A DNA stretch of 64,000 nucleotides, taken from the sequence record PP856017.1. One strand, given 5' to 3'. The notes under the pieces were generated by a model. The model worked only from the letters and a program-made list of their open reading frames with translations. It did no database searches and was not told the origin of the DNA. The translations under genes were made by a program, and so were the position numbers. Of the stretch, positions 57,569 to 64,000 are shown in pieces (position 1 is the stretch's first letter; each line of letters begins with the position of its first letter).

Positions 57569-58156
57569 TCAAAGATGCCTGAAATAGTCGTAATTCTTCG
57601 ACGTCAGAGGTGTCACAATTGAAATGACGATGCAGACTCGACTACCCGCTCCGTGTTTCTTCTTGTCGAACTCGGCGACTTCTTCCACTGAGGTAAGAGG
57701 TGTGCCAGAAGTCGTCATTAACTCCATGTTGATGTGGTTACGCAGGTTATTCTTTTTGATATTGACGAACGTTCCGTGCATGTAGTAGAATTTCTGCTTG
57801 ATAACGTCCAACGCTGCGTACAACTTCAAGTCATCCGGATCATTAAGCAGCCAGATGTTCGACTGATAGAGTACTGCAAAGTGTTCTATCGCGTGACGAA
57901 TCATCCATTTACGCTGATACTTGAGGTTCTGGACCATCTGGATGAAGATCTGCTCGACGATCAGTTCGATCTCCGGATCGTAAATGATCTTGTCTCGTGG
58001 AGAGATCTTTTCATGGATCATTACTGCATTTTGCAACTGCAAAGCGATGATTCTTCGTGCTATCCAATACCTGAAAGTAAGGGAAATGATGCGCAATGCC
58101 ACAATCGACGCATACATACCTGCACAGAACAGAAAGAATTGCCCAATAAATTCCAT
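57569..58156 (-). CDS. AT-rich membrane-anchored hypothetical protein
   Basis: 195 aa, N-terminal TM; isolated between two hairpins. Confidence 0.5.
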   Translation of the reverse strand: MEFIGQFFLFCAGMYASIVALRIISLTFRYWIARRIIALQLQNAVMIHEKISPRDKIIYDPEIELIVEQIFIQMVQNLKYQRKWMIRHAIEHFAVLYQSNIWLLNDPDDLKLYAALDVIKQKFYYMHGTFVNIKKNNLRNHINMELMTTSGTPLTSVEEVAEFDKKKHGAGSRVCIVISIVTPLTSKNYDYFRHL

Positions 58157-58190
58157 TATTCTTATCCCTCATTTCAAAAAAAGATGACAT

Positions 58191-58219
58191 AATCACCATG
58201 GGGTTGCCCCCATGGTGAT
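58191..58219. terminator. hairpin
   Basis: AATCACCATGGGG-TTG-CCCCATGGTGATT. Confidence 0.7.
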
Positions 58220-58230
58220 TAGTCGATCGG

Positions 58231-60342
58231 TTAAACGACCATACGCAGCAGGATGGCCTTGTCGTTCAGATACGAACGGCTGGCTTCGATGACGCGCATG
58301 TCCGACGTCTGGATGAAGAAACGGCCATACTTATCGCCGTCCTTCGTCAAGAGGTCTTGTGCCAGATCGTGGAAGAACGAATTCGTTTCTGGCAGGATCT
58401 GCGATGCAACTTCCGGCACCATGTCGACGTCCAGATTGTAACCCACCTCGTTCAGGCAGATCATTTTCGTGGGCATCGAAACGATGAACGGCTTCAGGCC
58501 GCTATGGCCTTCCGGCAGTTGTGTCAGCACATAGATTTCCGCTGCCTGACTGTAATTGAACAGGTTGCGGATTTCGCGCTCTTGATGCGTGTTGACTGCA
58601 TCACGATAGCCATCACCGAACTTCTCGGTGATGTATGCGAACAGTTCCAGCCAGTCGCCCGTGAATGTCGAGATCTTCAGTGCGGAGATCGACAGATGTT
58701 GACGCAGCATGCGGTTCACCGCCTTTGTGAGGTAGCGATCCAGTTGCAACCAGAGTTCCGGCTTCAACTTCTTCGACAGCGTACGCATCTTCTCGCACAG
58801 CTTCGTGAACGACGACACTTGACGCAACTCTTCGAGCAACGCCGCTTCATCTTCCGTTGCGATGAACGAATCGATGATCGATGCACTGCCGACGGCGATT
58901 TCAACCGAATGGAATTCATCACCGTTCGGTTGTTTGCGCTCTTGAGAGAAACGACGATAGTTCAGACGAACCAGTACGTCCTTCATGCCATACGACATGA
59001 AGTTGTCCTCGGTCAGGTCCAAACGGCTATGGTACGTCACCTCATCTTCCGTACCCTCGACGTTGAACGTCTCCTGAGGATTGAGTAGCGCTTCATGCAT
59101 TGCGCTCAGACGCTTGCTCACGCCACCCGTACCGTCGTCGAAACGCGCGAAGTCCTTCGGCGTACCGCCGAATGCCATCGACGCATGTGCGTAGTAGTCC
59201 ACGATTTGATCCTTGTCCATGACGCGCGGGATCACCACTTCATTCGTCAGGTCCATTTCGTAGAACAGATCCTGATTGTGGTTGAACACCAGCGGATGCG
59301 GATACTTCAGGCTCGGCACCCACGCATCCAGATTCTGATAAGCCGAGAGAGTCGGGTTCTTGCCTTGAGCACCCGACACTTCTACGCCGCGGCTCATTTC
59401 GTTGGATGTCATGTTCTTCCCTTCTTGTTGGGCTTCGCGAGCCAGTGCGTCTTCGACATCATCGTCGCGACGCGCGCTGCCTGGCAAACGTTGGACACGG
59501 CTACCGCGCGACTCGCCGCGCAGCGGTGCACCGTCTTCATAACGGTCATCGCCACGATTGCGGGTCGTACGGCGTTCATCATCGCGTTCTTCGCGACGAT
59601 CATCACGACGGGAGCCCGATTGAGTCTCGTCGTCGAAACGATCGTCTTGATCCGTATTGCCGAAACGGTTTTCACGAGTCGTCACACTGCGACGCGGTGA
59701 ACCACTGACGCCGCCACGCACCGCACCACGATCCCAACGATCCCGGCGAGGACGATCCCGATCACGACTACCACGATCCGAACCAAAACGCGCACCGCGA
59801 TCTCGGTCGTCATAGCGATCATCACGATCACGACCACGGTCACGTCGATCATCGCGCGGAACGCGATTGTCGTTGCGACGATACAGGTCGACAGCCTTCT
59901 GGTACTTGATGAACGTTTCGATCGCACGATCGATGTCGCGTTCATTGCGACGTTCGACGTACTGCATCAGATCCGGATACTGGTCACACATGTAACCGAT
60001 ATGCAGCAGGATGACATCTTCAGTGCAGGCCTGCACTGCTTCACGCACATCCCGGAACCGTCCTTCTTGCAAAGCGATGTCGATCACATCCGCGATCATG
60101 CCGACGATATCCTCGAAGTCACGATTGCGGTAGTCGTTATCCGACATCATGTTGAAGTAGTGAATGCGAAGTTCGTTGTCCTTCGCACGCTCCTGGATGA
60201 TGTCGATGGCATTGTAGACGATGTCGTCCATATGCTCATCGATTTCGCGAACCGGGTGGTGGAACCGGACGGGGAGATCACCACGACGAAGATTAACTTC
60301 GTGGCCTTCGATTCGCGTAGCAGAGAAATTCAATCTAGCCAT
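58231..60342 (-). CDS. conserved phiKZ-like protein with central Arg/Asp mixed-charge low-complexity region
   Basis: 703 aa, directly downstream of the nvRNAP subunit; RDDRRDRGRDRDDRYDDRDR... Confidence 0.65.
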   Translation of the reverse strand: MARLNFSATRIEGHEVNLRRGDLPVRFHHPVREIDEHMDDIVYNAIDIIQERAKDNELRIHYFNMMSDNDYRNRDFEDIVGMIADVIDIALQEGRFRDVREAVQACTEDVILLHIGYMCDQYPDLMQYVERRNERDIDRAIETFIKYQKAVDLYRRNDNRVPRDDRRDRGRDRDDRYDDRDRGARFGSDRGSRDRDRPRRDRWDRGAVRGGVSGSPRRSVTTRENRFGNTDQDDRFDDETQSGSRRDDRREERDDERRTTRNRGDDRYEDGAPLRGESRGSRVQRLPGSARRDDDVEDALAREAQQEGKNMTSNEMSRGVEVSGAQGKNPTLSAYQNLDAWVPSLKYPHPLVFNHNQDLFYEMDLTNEVVIPRVMDKDQIVDYYAHASMAFGGTPKDFARFDDGTGGVSKRLSAMHEALLNPQETFNVEGTEDEVTYHSRLDLTEDNFMSYGMKDVLVRLNYRRFSQERKQPNGDEFHSVEIAVGSASIIDSFIATEDEAALLEELRQVSSFTKLCEKMRTLSKKLKPELWLQLDRYLTKAVNRMLRQHLSISALKISTFTGDWLELFAYITEKFGDGYRDAVNTHQEREIRNLFNYSQAAEIYVLTQLPEGHSGLKPFIVSMPTKMICLNEVGYNLDVDMVPEVASQILPETNSFFHDLAQDLLTKDGDKYGRFFIQTSDMRVIEASRSYLNDKAILLRMVV

Positions 60343-60349
60343 TTTCTAA

Positions 60350-62029
60350 TTACCGCCCTTTAATTTTGTCTTGAGTACGTTTACGAATCGCCTTGAACAC
60401 GGGGTTCGGATTCTCCGTCGTGATGAACTCAGGAGTAAGCGTTGCCCACATGCCAAGACGTGTTCTTCCGGTCGGTGTCTTCTTCTGAATATTCAGATAG
60501 CCACCAATCTCTCCGATAGAGACGTCCAGGACCTTGGAGGATCCTTGCGACGAACTATCACGTCTTGCGCCTTTCTTGCTGCTGCTGGTTTGCGGGACCA
60601 ACAGAGAAGTCAGTTTAAACGGCATATTGTCGCCTGGAATTGCAATCGACGATACACCGGGCCGCCCGTTGGTGATCTTGAAAATCGGTCCGGGCTTCAA
60701 CTTCTTTTTGAAAATTTCCTCGATGGTCTTCTGCGTGAGAGGACGCTTCGGATCAGTGAGGCTACGACGATAAGCCGTGTGAATGGCGAAGTTCGTCTCC
60801 ACGATAGCGTGCGTGATATCGTAGAGCACATAGTTGAGCACACTCAACTCCTTACCATACATACTGCTGATCTTGTTCGAGTCCTGCAAAATCCATGCAT
60901 TGCAATTTTTGATCACATGCATGAAGAAATCATAGGTACTCGTTACCTCGATCCCGATGGACTTGAGCTTTTGCTGCGTGATCAGGTCCATGTACTGGTC
61001 GATCGATTTGAAGTGATCCCGCACCTTGTCGTGCAAAAGCCCTTCGTTCATATCGCCAGTCCAGAGAATGTGGCCCATCAGAACACGCCACAACCAGAGG
61101 TTGTCGATGTCCTTCAGAATCATCCGCCGGGGGAAGTGGTCGATCAAATAAAACAGAGCGCCCACGAGGTTTTCTGCATTTTGGTCAAACTGTTCACGAC
61201 GGATCGCGACTCGGACTTTGCTCCTCACATAGTCCATTCGAGGATTACCCGACGGAGGGATGCCGCGTGACTCACACACGACCCAGTCTTCCGGTGGGAA
61301 CCGCTCGACATCAATATCTTCAGCCGTACCGAAAATCGGATTAATGCCGAGATACTGTTTGAACGTCTCCGTCACGCCGAACTTACAGAACAGATAGTGC
61401 GCCAGGCACGTCTCCATCTTGATAGTCGGCGTCAATTTCATCATGTCCTTGGTCTTGTTGTAGATGTTACTCCACACGACCTGGACGCTTCTGTTACGAC
61501 CATCGACCTGGAACACATAGTCCAGGCGCCGGAAGATCAACTTGATGCACAGCAACTGTGCGAACACGTTGTCGTCATCCGGTGAGATCACGATATCCTG
61601 CAACACAGGGCTGATCGCAAAGCGCGAACCAGCGATCGTAATCAGGCCACCCTTCGTCACGAATGGCAGATACAGAAACCGCGCTGGAAGATCCACTCCC
61701 TGGAATCGGAAGAAGAACTTCACGAGAAAGACATCCGAACGTGCCACGTCGAACGCGGTCTTCGGTGCTTTCTTCAATTTGGTCTCGACTCGCTTGGAAG
61801 TCTTTGTAGGCGAACGCTTTTTCGCACCTTCCCGATATTCATCAGGCGGAAGGCAACGCTCATACCCCACGTACACCAGACCTTCCGGAAATTCCCGGCT
61901 GATCGACTTCCATACCTTGTCGATGAAACTCAGCGCCCGCGGGATATGTGTTGTTGCAATACCGCTGGCAATCGCATGATTGAATTTTGGAATGATGCGA
62001 TCTCGGAGTTCAACGAATGTTGGGTCCAT
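60350..62029 (-). CDS. non-virion RNA polymerase beta subunit, N-terminal part (phiKZ gp123-like)
   Basis: YLPF..GGLITIAGSRFAISPVL (RpoB beta-a), ETCLAHYLFCKFGVTETFKQ, LWRVLMGH, SMYGKEL.VL.Y, SIGEIG.Y.N..K..P.GR.RL. Confidence 0.88.
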   Translation of the reverse strand: MDPTFVELRDRIIPKFNHAIASGIATTHIPRALSFIDKVWKSISREFPEGLVYVGYERCLPPDEYREGAKKRSPTKTSKRVETKLKKAPKTAFDVARSDVFLVKFFFRFQGVDLPARFLYLPFVTKGGLITIAGSRFAISPVLQDIVISPDDDNVFAQLLCIKLIFRRLDYVFQVDGRNRSVQVVWSNIYNKTKDMMKLTPTIKMETCLAHYLFCKFGVTETFKQYLGINPIFGTAEDIDVERFPPEDWVVCESRGIPPSGNPRMDYVRSKVRVAIRREQFDQNAENLVGALFYLIDHFPRRMILKDIDNLWLWRVLMGHILWTGDMNEGLLHDKVRDHFKSIDQYMDLITQQKLKSIGIEVTSTYDFFMHVIKNCNAWILQDSNKISSMYGKELSVLNYVLYDITHAIVETNFAIHTAYRRSLTDPKRPLTQKTIEEIFKKKLKPGPIFKITNGRPGVSSIAIPGDNMPFKLTSLLVPQTSSSKKGARRDSSSQGSSKVLDVSIGEIGGYLNIQKKTPTGRTRLGMWATLTPEFITTENPNPVFKAIRKRTQDKIKGR

Positions 62030-62048
62030 GCATTCTCCAAGAGTTATT

Positions 62049-63197
62049 TCAATTTGAAAACAAGCTTTTCAACGCAACGATGGCTGCCCCCGCACCCATC
62101 AGAACGGTGGGAATGAATTTCCACATCTCACTACTGTCCTTCCTTACAGTACTTCTTTCTTCGTAAAAGTCCTTTGTTCTGATCTGCTCAATCTTGGTCT
62201 GATGGTCCTCGCGGGCATATCTTCGATTGAGTTCGTTTTCGAAATGCCTGGTTCGACGTTCTTCTTCATCTAGCTGATTCTGCAGAATCAGATTACGCCT
62301 CTCCAGATCCAGTTTTTCTCGGTCTTGTTCCGACTTCGCCAGGCTTGATTCTGCCGTGACTTTCTTTCCTTGCAGGTCCAGATGTTTCAGTTCATAACTG
62401 AGTTCAACTTCATGCTCAGGTGCAGTACGAGCCTCGGCGAAAGACTTATACAACCACTTTGCATCTGGCATCGACTCAGGTGGGATATAGTCGACGATGT
62501 CCTGAATGGGATCGTTCGATGTCTCCATATACCCCCGATACTTCAGATATACGCCATCCCTCTTCAGCGCATTCTTGACAGCATCGATCCGCACAGTCTT
62601 CCCAAGTAGCCGCATATACCTGGGTCCAATCCTTTCATGATTGTCGATAATCTCGACTGCCAGACCATTCTCACCCAGGGTCCTCGTCCCCTTAGGTTGT
62701 CTGGTCATCGCCTCGAAACAGAACGGATGGAGCGGTATATCATCTTGCTTGGTCGATAAGATTATATCTTGCTCGACCAAGTAGATGGTTCCACCGTTAT
62801 CCTTCATGTCCATCGGCGCTATTTCATAATCATACTTCAGGGCTAGGCCATGAGTTTGGTCACGATAAGATCCCAGGAACAGCTTCTCGAACTGACGAAG
62901 ATCTTCACTCTTAGGTCCTTCATGACTTATTAGTTTATCCCGAGCAGAATGCTTGACATTATCAGAGAGATACAGTTCTTGACGAACTATGAATGCTTGA
63001 CTAATGCGAGACTGCCTGCTGGGAACATCCAGCACAAAGCCGTTGCGAAAACCCAACTTAATCGTCCTGCCCGAATAGTTGAGGAACTTTGTGTGAATGG
63101 ATACATCGCAGCTTTCATTAACTGAATGCTGGTGGGACGGTGACTCTTTTAGTGGAACCGACAAGAAAGCCGGAACCAATTCCCGGTCAGAATCCAT
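62049..63197 (-). CDS. conserved phiKZ-like hypothetical protein (gp122-like by position)
   Basis: 382 aa between capsid and RNAP genes; C-terminal coiled coil and hydrophobic tail. Confidence 0.55.
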   Translation of the reverse strand: MDSDRELVPAFLSVPLKESPSHQHSVNESCDVSIHTKFLNYSGRTIKLGFRNGFVLDVPSRQSRISQAFIVRQELYLSDNVKHSARDKLISHEGPKSEDLRQFEKLFLGSYRDQTHGLALKYDYEIAPMDMKDNGGTIYLVEQDIILSTKQDDIPLHPFCFEAMTRQPKGTRTLGENGLAVEIIDNHERIGPRYMRLLGKTVRIDAVKNALKRDGVYLKYRGYMETSNDPIQDIVDYIPPESMPDAKWLYKSFAEARTAPEHEVELSYELKHLDLQGKKVTAESSLAKSEQDREKLDLERRNLILQNQLDEEERRTRHFENELNRRYAREDHQTKIEQIRTKDFYEERSTVRKDSSEMWKFIPTVLMGAGAAIVALKSLFSN

Positions 63198-63290
63198 CTT
63201 TTTACGGTCCTACGTTAATGGGCAAATCATCTTAAAATCGTATAAGCAATTATCTAAAACAGTTTGCTTATTCTTCTCAACTTCGGATTA

Positions 63291-63301
63291 ATGATATATT
63301 T
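63291..63301 (-). promoter_or_regulatory. candidate promoter AAATATATCAT
   Basis: third copy of the motif, upstream of the 63197-58231 minus-strand run. Confidence 0.45.
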
Positions 63302-63340
63302 GTATAATTCCATTGAATCCGAAATTTGACGGCATAAGTA

Positions 63341-63374
63341 GAATACTCCCTAGGCTTTCGCCTAGGGAGTATTC
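63341..63374 (-). terminator. terminator after major capsid gene
   Basis: 15-bp stem GAATACTCCCTAGGC-TTTC-GCCTAGGGAGTATTC. Confidence 0.75.
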
Positions 63375-63457
63375 ATCACCTATGATCGATTAATGGACCC
63401 GAAGGTCCACGCTTCTTTCGTTAGGGATAAGCCTTAACGTACCGAAGTACGCCGGGC

Positions 63458-64000
63458 TCAGCTACCCGACCCGTCCGTACCACCGGTGCCGCCGTCGGTG
63501 GGTTCGAGAAAGGCCGTAGCGTTGGTGACCTCGACACCAAGCGTAGCGCGCATCGAGAGTGCTTCCTGGAGGTTGGTGACCGTGATCACGCCGAGGATCG
63601 GGCACAGCGGGATGTGGCGGAACGACGGGTGAACGATCAGTTCACGCGAGTGGCTGGTACGCGACAGGTTCAGCGCCGCGACGACTTCCGGCTTGTTCAG
63701 CATCATGCCGTGGTCGAGCGGGTGCGGAACGCCCGGGTTGTTGCTCGGGTAGCCCAGCGCGATGAAGATCTTGCCACGCACGCGCAGGTCGGGCGTCCAT
63801 GCCTTCTCGTACGAGAAGTCCGGGCCCATCGTACGCGTATCGCCTTCGACCATCAGGTACTGCGTCAGCACCATGTCGGTACCCAGCTTGACGACCGGAA
63901 GTTGTGCTTCCGTGCCTTCGAGCAGGTTGGCGGCCGCTTGCCAGTTCGACAGCTGCCACAGCTTGTACGCGACGATCTTGCAGGTGTCGGTCAGGATCGC
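63458..64000 (-). CDS. major capsid protein, C-terminal fragment (phiKZ gp120-like), 5' truncated by the window
   Basis: frame open from 64000 (AILTDTCKIVAY...); very strong codon bias; C-terminal SRELIVHPSFRHIPLCPILGVITVTNL. Confidence 0.8.
   Translation of the reverse strand, partial: AILTDTCKIVAYKLWQLSNWQAAANLLEGTEAQLPVVKLGTDMVLTQYLMVEGDTRTMGPDFSYEKAWTPDLRVRGKIFIALGYPSNNPGVPHPLDHGMMLNKPEVVAALNLSRTSHSRELIVHPSFRHIPLCPILGVITVTNLQEALSMRATLGVEVTNATAFLEPTDGGTGGTDGSGS

Overview
This 64-kb window comes from a phiKZ-like (nucleus-forming, Chimalliviridae-type) jumbo phage. The family call rests on recognisable phiKZ-type core genes, recalled from memory rather than searched: the C-terminal end of the major capsid protein (gp120-like, running off the right edge), a split non-virion RNA polymerase beta subunit (gp123-like), a ~1000-aa portal (gp129-like), an SbcC/Rad50 ATPase, a baseplate spike, gp145/146-like tail fibres and a RuvC resolvase. 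The window also holds NAD-dependent ligase, a class Ia ribonucleotide reductase operon (nrdH-nrdA-nrdB, with a 139-aa Gln-terminated mini-intein in nrdA) and a lysis set (PG-binding muramidase endolysin, i-/o-spanins, candidate holin). The main find is a ~13-kb co-oriented cluster (11057-23935) directly behind the tail-fibre genes. It encodes five CxxxCxxC radical SAM enzymes (mostly SPASM-type), five non-heme Fe/2OG or JmjC oxygenases, a DHFR plus a catalytically altered DHFR paralogue, three orphans, and a 186-aa protein whose only cysteines lie in a terminal CHSS-CHTS-CHGS-RGRR motif. This looks like a phage-encoded RiPP-like or protein post-translational modification system with its substrate. 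A second system is a dispersed family of at least nine small genes that join a shared ~10-aa N-terminal tag (M-[LHQ]-[ED]-x-x-L-L-K-K-K) to different lectin-like domains, several behind a shared ATYTTRTG upstream motif. It looks like a plug-in adhesin or receptor-binding repertoire. No tRNA, rRNA or CRISPR array was seen. Start codons were adjusted from the ORF track by eye, and all homology calls need HMM or structure confirmation.
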